Positions 25,101 to 37,081 of a DNA stretch of 64,000 bases are shown piece by piece (positions within the stretch are counted from its first letter, which is position 1; each line of letters opens with the position of its first letter). Source of the stretch: Chrysomallon squamiferum (Eukaryota; Animalia; Mollusca); contig CM022676.1 of NCBI GenBank assembly GCA_012295275.1, forward strand, positions 16,058,001 to 16,122,000, written 5' to 3'. The position numbers were made by a program, and so were the translations under genes. Below the pieces are notes generated by a model. That model saw only the letters and a program-made list of their open reading frames with translations, searched no databases and was not told where the DNA came from.

Positions 25101-26765
25101 CTAAGAGTAAGTGTGTGTATGTCAGTATATGTAGGCATACCACGGACCATCTTCCTAACAAAGAGTCTGCCTACGTGTCTGTATGTGGTGTATTTCTGTA
25201 TGTGATGCGTTTATGTATGTTTATGTGTATGCATGTATGTAAGTCATCTGTCCATATTTTGTGTTTGTACGTGTGGGCATATTTTGTGTGTGTTTGTGTG
25301 TATACATATATGTCTATGTGTGATGTGTGCATTTCTTTGTGTTTGTGTGTGATATGTATATGACGTCTGTCTGTACGCCCCTGTTTCTCGTGTTTTCACA
25401 TAAAAAGATTCAACTGTATAAGAAAGAAATGTCACATAAAATAATAACATAAAACGAGTCTCTGTTCAGTAGTCATCGTGAAGAATGATCGGCTATGATT
25501 ATTTCATGTAACGCCTTTCATATTAATGTCGTTCATATAAATAATGAGGATACATCGAGTTAGTTGTTTTATAGCATTTGCTTTATGTATGTGCACGTAA
25601 ATATGTTAATATGTGTGGGTTTGTTTGTGTTATTATCCAAGAATCCATAAGTTACATTATTCAGTAATTACCTTTTAATTAACTATTATTAACTTTTATA
25701 TAGTTATTTATTTTGTTAAATATATTATTTTTCTCTCATTTTCTTATTTTAACGTATTAGTCAATAACTGTATTGCTCTTCTTATTATTTTTATGATTGT
25801 GTTTGCTGTTATTATTGTTATTATTATTATGATTATTATTATTATTATTACTACTACTACAGAGAAATCATTTAACTTTGAATTGTGAGAAGTCTGTAAA
25901 TTTTATTATTAAAACCGAAAAGCTACCACTTAGAATACTTGTCTCTTTCAAATCACAGGAACGTTTCTGAACCGCAGTCTCGAACGTACGACAATCTTGC
26001 TTTTGAGCCTGGTAAGTGCAACATTTTCTAAATGTTTATTTGAAGACTTACTTTACTGAAAGCTGTTTAAATTCTGCTCGTTCAATACATATTAAGACGT
26101 CTGTGGTGTCCATCAGGAGAGAATGAATGAAGCTACGAAAGGAAGTGATCAATGAACAAGAAAAGAAAGGACTATGAAACAGAATGGTGAAAAGTAATAA
26201 TGAAATAATAATAATATAAAAAAGTTGTCATTTATATACTGGGCTAAGAACGTGTGAGTTATTTTGCATAACGTTAATGAGATAACAGAACTAATTTATA
26301 TTATCTCCTCAGATACGCAAAGTTTAATATTTGTCTGTGATAAATACAGAGTGTTTATAAACTAATGTTTGTGCAGTATCACAGGTTGTTTTATAAGCAC
26401 CATAAACCAATTTCTATCTTAATAGCTGAGTAAATTAGAATCTGGTGAAGTTAGGCTGTATATCGCGTTTGACATTGTTTTCTCTGTGTCACTCCTGTTT
26501 TTTATTTTTATTATTATTAATTTTTTATTTTTTTTTTTTTTAATGTGCGTGTATGTATGTGTGTGTATATATATATATATATATATAATAATATGTTGTT
26601 GTTGTCTTTTGTTACTTCTACGTTTAATTGTTAATGTATGACTTACTGTTTTTTGAAACGAAACATAAATACGTATATATGTTTTTTTTATTTCTTGTAG
26701 GGAACAGTCCAGAACCGAATCTGTATGAAGTACTTAGTGTCAAGGATAATGGACGAAGAAATTAA
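3919..26765 (+). CDS. Gene 1 (5'-incomplete, 20 exons): SRCRx5-(Ig-Ig-FN3)x2-TM-cytoplasmic ITAM-like receptor, about 1,175 aa in window if the FN3-2 frameshift is corrected
   Basis: Manual splicing of AG/GT-bounded exons with compatible phases from 3919 to stop TAA 26763-26765. The only lesion is a +1 T in exon 20967-21267. No signal-peptide exon seen in 1-3918. Confidence 0.85.
4241..4416 (+). CDS. Gene 1 SRCR1 half-exon B (Z-type)
   Basis: tttag|..t|gtaagt; [58 protein letters not shown]. Confidence 0.93.
7345..7489 (+). CDS. Gene 1 SRCR2 half-exon A (W-type, conserved Cys to Ser)
   Basis: [47 protein letters not shown]; 145 nt, AG/GT. Confidence 0.9.
7659..7705 (+). pseudogene. Degenerate orphan SRCR A half-exon fragment in a gene 1 intron
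   Basis: ttt gac aca aga gat gct gct gtt ttc tgc tca ctg atg aca ttt = [15 protein letters not shown], homologous to [15 protein letters not shown]. Confidence 0.65.
8336..8511 (+). CDS. Gene 1 SRCR2 half-exon B (W-type)
   Basis: [58 protein letters not shown]; ttcag| ... g|gttcgc. Confidence 0.9.
9291..9435 (+). CDS. Gene 1 SRCR3 half-exon A (Y-type)
   Basis: [47 protein letters not shown]; ttcag| ... ca|gtaaga. Confidence 0.93.
9607..9782 (+). CDS. Gene 1 SRCR3 half-exon B (Y-type)
   Basis: [58 protein letters not shown]; cctag| ... a|gtatgt. Confidence 0.92.
9943..10020 (+). repeat. (CT)n microsatellite
   Basis: Direct reading. Confidence 0.98.
10382..10526 (+). CDS. Gene 1 SRCR4 half-exon A (Z-type)
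   Basis: [47 protein letters not shown]; ttcag| ... cg|gtaaac. Confidence 0.93.
11220..15530 (+). repeat. Intragenic duplication (Z-B exon plus following long intron) of about 4125-7200
   Basis: Collinear intron blocks, e.g. GAGACTGAAAGTGAAGAGTCGCTCGCCTAAC at about 5708 and about 13184. Confidence 0.9.
11378..11553 (+). CDS. Gene 1 SRCR4 half-exon B (Z-type)
   Basis: [58 protein letters not shown]; ttcag| ... t|gtaagt. Confidence 0.93.
15631..15775 (+). CDS. Gene 1 SRCR5 half-exon A (X-type)
   Basis: [47 protein letters not shown]; ttcag| ... cg|gtaatt. Confidence 0.93.
16404..16573 (+). CDS. Gene 1 SRCR5 half-exon B (X-type)
   Basis: [56 protein letters not shown]; ttaag| ... t|gtcagt. 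Confidence 0.92.
17258..17512 (+). CDS. Gene 1 Ig-like domain 1
   Basis: [53 protein letters not shown]; phase 1-1 exon, tctag| ... t|gtaagc. Confidence 0.9.
18039..18317 (+). CDS. Gene 1 Ig-like domain 2
   Basis: ..[39 protein letters not shown]; DxGxYxC motif; tgcag| ... t|gtaact. Confidence 0.92.
18535..18834 (+). CDS. Gene 1 fibronectin type III domain 1
   Basis: [51 protein letters not shown]; 300 nt, acaag| ... g|gtacgc. Confidence 0.92.
19184..19438 (+). CDS. Gene 1 Ig-like domain 3 (duplicate of Ig1)
   Basis: [44 protein letters not shown]..; 255 nt, AG/GT. Confidence 0.9.
20480..20758 (+). CDS. Gene 1 Ig-like domain 4 (duplicate of Ig2)
   Basis: ..[30 protein letters not shown]..; 279 nt, AG/GT. 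Confidence 0.9.
20967..21267 (+). CDS. Gene 1 FN3 domain 2 (duplicate of FN3-1) with +1 frameshift
   Basis: 301 nt versus 300 nt in copy 1; gagaaTTcagctc versus gagaaTcagctc (21006-21007) gives TAA at 21047-21049; the rest of the exon is open in the shifted frame. Confidence 0.85.
21821..21934 (+). CDS. Gene 1 transmembrane exon
   Basis: [37 protein letters not shown]: hydrophobic helix plus basic stop-transfer; ttcag| ... a|gttcgt. Confidence 0.88.
22328..22361 (+). CDS. Gene 1 cytoplasmic micro-exon 1
   Basis: tttag|GA AAT GCA AAA GAT GAA CAT GTG CAT GGA ACA AG|gtaaca ([10 protein letters not shown]); phase 1 to 2 bridges its neighbours exactly. Confidence 0.7.
22770..24771. repeat. 32-bp minisatellite, about 62 tandem units
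   Basis: Unit GTGTACAGTTGTGTTAATGACACT + variable octamer (CGGCTGAC / CGGCAGTC / GGGCTGTC / GTCCTGTC / CGGCAGAC). Confidence 0.97.
25959..26011 (+). CDS. Gene 1 cytoplasmic exon 2 (first YxxL)
   Basis: cacag| ... g|gtaagt; [17 protein letters not shown]; phase 2 to 1. Confidence 0.78.
26701..26765 (+). CDS. Gene 1 terminal coding exon (second YxxL)
   Basis: tttcttgtag|; [21 protein letters not shown]-stop. Confidence 0.75.
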
Positions 26766-26826
26766 TATATCTCTTTATTAATGTGTTTACTTATAACATC
26801 GAAACAGCTTATTATGTCACTTTTAT

Positions 26827-26876
<50 letters not shown>

Positions 26877-27971
26877 CAAACACACACATACAGAGACCTA
26901 TACACACATATATGCATTTATAGGATCAAATATTATAACACCTATTCACCATTATTGAATTTTATTATTCAGGAAAGCTAGTTAAATATGTACCTTTTTC
27001 ATTTTCATACAATAACGCCTTTAGAGCCATTTAAAAAAAAAAAAAAAAAAAAAAAAACAACAACTAAAAAAACGTATATGGGTTCGATACTTCTGTTATG
27101 TCTACATGTGTAGTATACAGTATTTGTTGGTATATTGTATGTGCTACAACTACAGTCTAGTAAAATTGTGATTAACTGTGTCTATTGTGATTCTGCTTAA
27201 AGTATATCTAATAGAATTGTGATTAAGTGTGTCTAGTAAGATTCTCATTAAACAAAGTCTAGTAACAAAAATGTGTGGCGTTGATTTTTTGTGCGGACAC
27301 ATGCACTAAACTCTGTGACTTGATATCTTCTTGAGGACAGTAAATTATAATGATGATGAGCTACTATCGCACAGAACGATACTTTCTAAAAAAGAGACTA
27401 GATTATTATCCACCGAACATAATGCAGTCTAGGAAACATGTTTATAGTTTTATTGTTTGTCGTCATAGCAAAATACAATTGAAAATAAATAAAATAGCAT
27501 ACAATAAAATTAAAATAAAAACTCAGTGATGAGCATTATAACAGAGATCCTTTCTTTACTTACTACAAGAGTTGTGTAACGACATCTCACCTAAATGTGC
27601 CTGTAACAGCAACATGTCCTAAACATTTCCACAACAATCAAATTTACAAAATGTCCTTCCCTTCTTAATCTAGTTGTGCTTCTCGCATGACTATCGTCTT
27701 CAAGTCGATGCTATTTATATATCACCTCATCTAGCGGACGTCAGAACAATCAACTAAAGACTCAATTACATCCGAAATTACTATAACCTTAGACAGTCTT
27801 AACATTTCTGTAAACATAACTGTAACAGGTTGTAGCTGTCAAATCACAGGTGAAAACCGGTCTATACAGTCATACTCAATTAGTTTGGTATAATCAGTTA
27901 TATGTTACACATATATCTGTATGACACATTTCTCTTCATAATAATCTACAACTACATCATTTAAAAATAAA

Positions 27972-28655
27972 TAAACGTTTTATTAGAAATATACAGTGAA
28001 ACTTTAAACAAGGACGTATTTTTAGAATATATTCAGGATAAGGTTAAACAAAAACTTATAAGTAGAAAATATATGAAATAACTTTAAATGAAAACGTATT
28101 ATTAGAAAATATACAGGATGGCTTTAAACAAAACACGTATTTCAGAAAATATACAGGATAAATTTAAATAAAACACGTATTATTAAACATATGCGTTGAA
28201 ACTTCAAACAAAAGCGTCTTATTAGAAAATAGAAATGGTAATTTAAAAGAAAAAAAAACAAACGTATTATTAGAAAATATACAGTATATCTTTAAACAAC
28301 AACGCATTAATGGAAATATGGTAGACCAACTTTAAACAAACACATATTATTAGAAACAAAAGAAAAAAAGAAACCAAAAAAAACAGAATGACTGAACAAA
28401 GCACGTATTATTAGAAAACTATACACGATAAATTTAAAAATGCGTATTATTAGAACATATACAGGGTAACTTTAAACAAAAACGTATAAGTAGAAAATAT
28501 ACACGATAACGTTAAACAAAAACTTATTATGAGAAACATACAGTGAAACTTAAACACAAATGTCATATTAGGAATATGTAGAGCAACATTAAATAAAAAC
28601 GTGTTATTAGAACTGTATGTGGTAACTCTAAACAAAAAATATATTATTAGAAATA
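27972..28655. repeat. Degenerate AT-rich tandem repeat, unit about 41 bp, about 16 copies
   Basis: Recurrent AAACGTATTATTAGAAAATATACAGGATAACTTTAAACAAA-like units. Confidence 0.8.
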
Positions 28656-30006
28656 GGCACCTTTATATCGTGAAGTAACTACAACTCGTTAATAACACAC
28701 TGAAACAATATAACAATAAACGATTTGTTTTTATCCTTGATTATAATATTCATGCATGAATGGATGCAAGTGTAAACATAAATATATACACACACACTCA
28801 CACACACTGTATATGAAATCTTTGTTTCGTTAGGTGCATTTCTATTACGTATAATAACTACAGATATTTTATTAACGGATTAATATATATATATATATAT
28901 ATATAACCTTGAAATGATCTAGTCTTTATATATAAATTAGAGAAAAGACAAAGGAAGGACAAATAATTAGATAGATATGTTTGAGTAATTATCATCAGTT
29001 AATAAGGTGTCATTAACTACCGATATATGCTAATACATAAAGTTCTGTTTGGCCATCAGTAATACTATTTTACAGGAAAGTACGCGATGACGAAATTTTA
29101 AAGGCAATTTTTAAATTGTAAAGTTCCGTTAATTTGTGGTGAAGATATAGCGAGTTCAGTGTGACAAAGTAAATCAGCTTTCAATTTTTTCCTCTCCGTG
29201 GACTTCTATTTTTCAATCGATTTCTCTGTTTTCATCGACGTCCGCAGAAATTTTCTATGTTTTCGGTTTCCACGTTGAGCTTAGAGTTCAGGCTTTGGCT
29301 CGGAATGTGTGTGTGTGTGTGCGTGTTTGTGTTATGATTGTGTGCGTGTAAGTTTCTGAGTATTTTCATGTGTGATCGCCAGGCTGAGTATATTCACATA
29401 CATATACAGATATATAAAAACGATAGACATGTATCCATCCATACATAAATATGTGTGTGTTTGTATCTATGTATGTGTATACAAATTAAAATGATATTAA
29501 TGTTTAAATTTGATTTGTATAAATTAGTGTGTTAATACAATATCTATAGTTAACATACGGAAACGAAATATGTCTAATGAAACACAAAGTTTCAAAGATA
29601 AATATAACAAACTCTATGTCTAGGAAGGATCAAGGTACGATGCTACTGTTCATTGAAACTGAATTGCGGCTACTTCAGTAATGTATCGTTTGACTCAACT
29701 TTGGATTTCTCGTAGACAGTCACAAGAATTAACTGTTGATGGGTTGTGTGTCTGAAATCACAGAAATACTAAACAAAGACACACTGACTAAATACCGGAA
29801 TTCACAATTATTTTGTCAATTTAAAACATATCAAATTTTATATACAATTGTTACAGCCATTTGTTGTTTTATCATTGTATAAATTGTCATGAACTCTCCA
29901 TAACAAACATTTACGTTTGTATAGGTTATATATATAGAGAGAATTGTTAAAGCCATTTATTTACAGGTCCAGAACTCTCTATAATAGACATTTACGTTTG
30001 TATAGG

Positions 30007-30060
<54 letters not shown>

Positions 30061-31110
30061 TTTACTGCAGTCGGTTATGCACACGTGCGTATGTTTGTGC
30101 TACATTACTATTAGATTCTCCAAAGCATTTGTATTTATTGTCCGCTATTTTTAGTGAGTTTTGAATCCTTGATCTGTTTTCTATTCGAGGTCGAATCTGA
30201 ACAAAATTCTATGAACGGAACATTTCAAGTATTTTCTTTGCCTTGTTGTACGAAACTTACCTCGTCTTGTGAAAGAAGCATTTAGTATCAGTCAAAAGTT
30301 TATTTATCTTTTATCTCTCTTTGTGTAAGCAAAAACGTTTATATTGGACATTACAAATGATATTACGCAACAGAAATGTTGTTTTGTCTAGTTTATGTGC
30401 AGCGTGTGAAAGGTGTATCGCGAACGTTGGTCACACACCACACATAAAATATACAAAACAAAAGTTATGTCGTGTAATGTCATTTATAATATCCAATATA
30501 AACGTCTTTGCTTCCAGAAATTTGGAGAAAAGGTTTATGAAAAACTTCTGTAGCAGCAGACACGTTTCAAAACTAACAGCTGTGTTTCGTCTCTTAAAGC
30601 ACAGAGAAAGGGAAGATTTAACCCTCTGTCTGAGAGAGAAGTCAACAGCGTGTTTATTCCGAACCACGCGGAGTCTTACAATACGACTGATGAAATCCAT
30701 TCTCCTCACCCAGAACCTCCTGAATTCTGTTACACCTCCCCAAAACACTCCCCCCCTGTAAATACGCAAACCTATACTTTTAAATAGAATTTAAAACATA
30801 CCATCACAAATGTTCGATAACTGTGAAGACGATGACCGTAAATATACATGTTTCAAGTAACTACTGTTATAAGAATATGGTACACAAAATGTCAGAGGTC
30901 ACTTACAGACACATAAAATGTATCTATATGTCATATCACGCACCGGCGTCACCCTTCACCTAACACGTTTCAAGAACAACAAGTCGAGTTGTATTCAGAT
31001 TTAAACTCTAAACTTCTTTTCTATATTTACGGTGATTGATTCATGGACTCTAAACGCGTTTCTGTAATTATTATTATATTTATTATTTTTTAATATTATT
31101 ATTGTTACTG

Positions 31111-31148
<38 letters not shown>

Positions 31149-31639
31149 TCTTTGGTTGTTTGTATCGATCTTTTAAATCAGTAATGTCAGACGTTTTGTA
31201 TTGTACTTTTCTTTTAAATATGAATATAATATTTGGATGTCAGCCATGTTGTTGCACATTTTTTATGGCAATATTTTGAAGTAACCCAGCTCTAGAATAA
31301 TCCAACGTTATATCGAAGAGAACAGTTCTTTGTGTATGTATGAATGTCTTGTATGTGTGTATGCACATCTGTGTGACAGAGTAGTAGTCTTTGACAGACA
31401 TATTTTTAATCATAATTTTGTTTTCTGTGTAGTGAGTTATATAATATTCACACAATCCTCATTTTTAAATGCACATTTAAAGCAGCATGTCTGTTACATT
31501 TTATAGCAATAAAGGCATGATATTACAGTAATATTTATTGAGCTGTAGTGTACATTATGTTTATAAATTCATATTCTTACGGTTCTTGAATGTTTAGCTG
31601 ATTAGTGTCAGAAAATGGGGGCAACTACGGATCATTATG

Positions 31640-31704
<65 letters not shown>

Positions 31705-32719
31705 CGTTACCATTATTATAATATTATTTATTTAGTTATTATACTACTACTAGTAGGAGCCCTATTATTATTATATTTATTATTATTATTATTTTTTTAT
31801 TTATTTATTTGTTTCTTTAATCATTGACGTCAGACATTTTGTATTTTATTTGTTGTTGTTATAAATATTTGGACCTCAGCCAACTGTTTTGGTATATGTT
31901 TTATGGCAGTATTTGGACGTAAGCCAGCTCTACAATAATGGAAAGTTTCGTAGAAGAGAAAAGTTCTGTGTGAATGTATGCATGTTTTCGTATGTGTGTA
32001 AGCGCATATAACAAATGAGAGATAAACAGAGAGATATATATTATTTGTCATTATATTTTACTTTCCGTGAGAATTTGTTACAACTTAACTAGATCTATAT
32101 CTATACCTTTACGTTTTATACATTAAATATTTAATTCATACCTGAAATTCATGCCCTGTAAAACACCACAGACATTGAAAAACAGATAAAGGAAACCACA
32201 TCAGTTTATGATGTTTTGTCAGAAAACAAAATAATAAGAATAGTTTTAATTTTACTTTTTTAACATTCAAAACCAAAACTGATTAAATATTTAAGAACAG
32301 ATTTTAGATTTAGACTTAGGATAATATTTTATTGGTATAATTTGTTTTGAATGTGGGAATACAATGTTTGTGATAATTTTTTCTTTCTGGCTTCAGTTGA
32401 AAAATACATTCATTTTAAAACTGCGTGTATTTATCTTTGAAACAAAAACTGATCAAAAAGTATTCGAAAACCAGTTTGTAATTTTCTAGAGCTGTCCTAT
32501 TTGTTCAATGGTATATAAAGTGTTTTTTAATAGTGGAAGTTATGCTTTAAATAATTAAAAATATATAATTTTCCAGGCTCCTTGGTCAATGATAATAAAA
32601 CTTTTAAAATTATCTTTAACAAAATTATAATTATTTTCTCTGTGATTGTTCAATGGTATATAAAGTTATTATTATTATTAAATAATTAAATTAATTCAGA
32701 TTCCTAATGACTGTAATTG

Positions 32720-32757
<38 letters not shown>

Positions 32758-35010
32758 GTCATTGTCATTATTATTATTATTATTATTATTATTGTGATTG
32801 TCATTATTATTATTATTGTTCTTATTATCATTACTGCTATTATTATTATCCATATTACTATTATTATTTGATTTTCACGGTAAACGAAGGGAAACCTGAG
32901 ATCAAAGATTTGCTATTTAATTTTCTGAAATACTCTTCACCTTTGCCTCTTTTCATGATTTCAATTTCTTGTGAATATAATTAATTGAATTTTAATGCCA
33001 AATACATTTTACTTGTGTTCAGTCCTGTCTAATAATAAAAGAAGAAGAAGAAGAAGAAGAAGAAGAAGCAGAAAAAGAGCAAAAAGAAGATAACATTTAA
33101 CGACAATGTTTATGATTTAAATTTGCTATGAATCTAATTCACAGAATTTGTATATGTGATGTATTTCATTGGTGTGTCGATAAGCGATGTTCGTTCCTGT
33201 CTATTAATAACTCAAGAACATGAAGAAAACAACGCTCAAATAATTAGATTTATCTGATTGCATTTATTATTTTTATCTTCATTTTATATAGTATATTATT
33301 GTTGTTGTTGTCTTTCTCGTTATTATTGTTATTCAGCTGTTAGTATTATTTATCTTGAATGTTCACAAAGATAAATGATTTTATATTTTCATATTTATTT
33401 CTCCACTTAAGCGCTGAGATTGTATTAACAAAACAGTTTTCATATCATAGTGAATAAGATCCGAGTATATCTCTGCGTAATTCGTGCAGCAGTGACAGAC
33501 TATTTTTATTTCACGTAAATACGCAGCAAATGTGTACTTGCTATGTTGGTTATGTCAGTATCGTTTCAGCATCAATACATATCTGAAAAACGAAATAGCG
33601 TTATCAAATCATACTTACGTAAGCCTTTAACGTTCTGTAACATAAAACAGACAAATATACATATAGAAGCACAGCAATTACCACTAATCTAAAACGGTCC
33701 TGTGTATACAGAGAATCATCGAAAGCGGAATGTACGAAACGCACAATTTTCCTCCGAGAAATATCATAACAGTTATCGCCAGTCAATGTTTCACAAGTAT
33801 AAACCATTATTATTTGTTTAGCTTGGACGAACAGTCGCTATATTTTTACATATTTAATGTCTGAATGTCCACGCTTTCATTAAATGTCAATCACAGCTAA
33901 TCATTATCTTTTGTCTGTTTGTTCCTTTATGGATTCCAAAGCAGTCGTATCTCTATATAATCCTACAATGTGCACAGTTGGTTTAAGTTTACTCTGCGAG
34001 AAACAACTGATACAATTATTTACTTTTTCATATCTCTGTGACTTGTTAGTGAGTCTTTGTCAGACATATTTGTATTCATAATTTTGTTTTCTGTCTAGTG
34101 AATTATATAATATTCTCACAATCCTTATTTTTAGATTCCCAAATAAACCAGAATGTCTGATACATTTCATATTATGTAAGGTATGATATTACAGTAATAT
34201 TTATTGAGCTATAGTGTATATTAGGTTTATAAATTCATATTCCTATGGTTATTCAATGTTTCGCTGATTAGTGTCAGAAAATGGGAGCAACTACAGGTCA
34301 TTATGATTAAGATTATTATTATTATTATTATTATTATTATTTACTTATTTATTTCTCTGTTTGTATGTTTCTTTTTAGTCACTGCCGTCAGACATTTTGT
34401 ATTTTATTTTTTTGTTATTATGAATATAATATTTGGACGTCAGCCAACTGTTTTTGTATATATTTTATTGTAATATTTGGAGGTAAGCCAGCTCTACAAT
34501 AATGGAAAGCAATGTCAAAGAGAACAGTTCTGTGCGAATGTATGAATGTTTTTTTTTTTTTTTTTTTGCGTAAGAGCATATAAGAAATGAGAGATAAACA
34601 GAGAGAGATACATTATGTTTCATTATATTTTATTTTCCGTGATAATTTGTTACAACTTAACTATATGCATATCTATCTATTAACGTTTTGTAAATTAAAT
34701 ATTTAATTCATACCTGAAATTCCTGCCTTGTAAGCGACACCAACACCGCAACCATTGTTATCAACAGCAGCAATCTCACCACCACATCGTGTACCATGAT
34801 GTTTTGTGGCTGCAACAAAATAATCAGAATAGTTTTAATCTTACTGTTCAAGTATTTACTTTTATTCAAAAGTAAAACTGGTTATAATATATACGCTCAG
34901 TATGATATTTTTGATTTAGACTTAGGATATATTTTTATTATTCATTACTGCCCCAGAAAACAACTGATAATATCCGAAACTGGGCCCTGGATTATGGTTA
35001 ATAATCATTA

Positions 35011-35056
<46 letters not shown>

Positions 35057-36235
35057 ATAGATATATTTTTTTACTTTTTTGTAAGCACATAAATATATAG
35101 CAAAATAATCATAATGTAAAGTTAAATACAAATACGAATTTAATAACAGATAGAGGACACAGAGAGGGACAGGTAGAGACAGAGACAGAGAGAGAGAGGA
35201 GATATTATGACTATGAATATATTAAAAACAAAGTATCGATAATATAATATTGTTTATGATAATGAGATGACGATGATCATAGTGATGATGATGATGAAAC
35301 AAGTACAAGTACTAACCAAATAAAAAATGGTTTAACTCAAGGTACACAAAGTTAATACAAATAAATTAACAGACACTCGAGTCACCTCTGTGGTCTCTAG
35401 GCATAGAGTCAGAATCATGATCACTGAAATCCCAGCTGCCATTTTATGGCTTAATTTTATCTAAAATTGTGCATTTGTCTACTTGTTATGAAACAGTTCT
35501 CCGTTAAAACATTACAGGTTACCTAAAGAAAATGTGAAGATGCTTTCCTTTCCGAAATTTCAGTATACCAAGACGAACCAATGAAGTCAAATCTGCCAGG
35601 TGTCAATTATGCACTTGAGATAAAACTAGTGCACAAAGGTATATGTGAATGTTATTTACCAGGATCAAATATGTTACTGTGGCTTAGAGCACAGCAGACT
35701 ATTCTAAGCAACTGTCACATGTCAATAAATTAACGTGTGTGTGTGTGTCTCTGTTTGCTAAGCTGTGTGCATGTCATTGTCTACATGTTTGTGTGTTTCT
35801 GTGTGTTTTTATATGCTTGCCGAAATTTATGATAAAATGTGCTGATTGAGAAAAGTAATCTAAATATATTCTGCATACTACTAAATTGGCTCATCGACTA
35901 TTAGGACAATTCCACGGTTTCAAGATTCAGAAGGGTTTGATATCCTAGCAGCTGTCATGACTACTAAATGGGTTCCCCACAAATACTGTGTACTGCCTCT
36001 GATGATAAAAGCATTTTATTGCATGATCAAGATCATGATGTAATCTACTGACTTATCTAAACATTCAGAACTATTAAAAATCAAACCGAAGTTTCCCAGG
36101 ATTTACCACTGTTTTGTTATAGTAGTATCATGGTAATTCCCGTCATGAATGAGCTTTACCTCTCTGGAAAAGAGTTCAGTAGCAGACTGTACAGAACAAC
36201 CTTTTTTGTTCTTTTTTCTTCTATTTTATTTACTA

Positions 36236-36280
<45 letters not shown>

Positions 36281-37034
36281 TTGTTTTTATTTGTTGTAAA
36301 TAGTCAAGGAAATAAGCAAAAAGGCTATACTGAAAAATTATGTGTGATTATCAGGATCCTTGTGGTAATGAGCTAAAGCGCTTTTTCTACTAAATATATT
36401 TAATCACAATAATTAAAATAAAGAATGTTTTTTCTTCTTCTTTTTTTATTCTTTTTTTTTTAATCCACCTGTTCATAATACAGAAATGTTGAGACAGGAA
36501 TCCCATAATCACACAATACCTCTAATATTTGTGTTAGTAGCAATGAAACGATAGCATGCGCTTCACCACTGATATAATAACACAGACCACAGATCACATT
36601 AAAAGAAAACAGATGAGATTGTGTTTTTAAAACTGTTGGACAATATAGTAGGAAATAAGAAGCTCTCGGTATTGTTCGTATTCTGCAAATATCAAACAAA
36701 TATCCATTCATAATTTTAATAATCAATTAGCAAGAACAAAGAGAGAAGGGAGAGGATTATACTAAAATTCATATTCATTAATTGTTTAATAGTTAAGATT
36801 CAGCCTGCGCCTATTCTGCGTATCGTAGTCACATTCAGTGCTATTCTGATCAATATCATGATTTTTGATCGTTGATGAACCAATTATTTATGTGTGTTTT
36901 ATATTCAATAATCAAAAGATATTTATATCTCAAATCCTGAATTCGCTTAAAAATGTAAGATAATTGATTGAATCAACATAGATTTTCATATTAGAATAAC
37001 CAAACAAATGAATCAGTGTTCACTTAATCTCTAT

Positions 37035-37081
<47 letters not shown>

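Noticed and set aside
24961-25161. Minus-strand ORF ([16 protein letters not shown]...) as a nested gene in the gene 1 intron
   Set aside because: Short, with no recognisable motif or partner exons.
30321-30769. Overlapping 146-aa (+) and 112-aa (-) ORFs, repeated at 60741-61092
   Set aside because: Their recurrence is explained by the recent segmental duplication. ORF ends differ between copies and no domain is recognisable.
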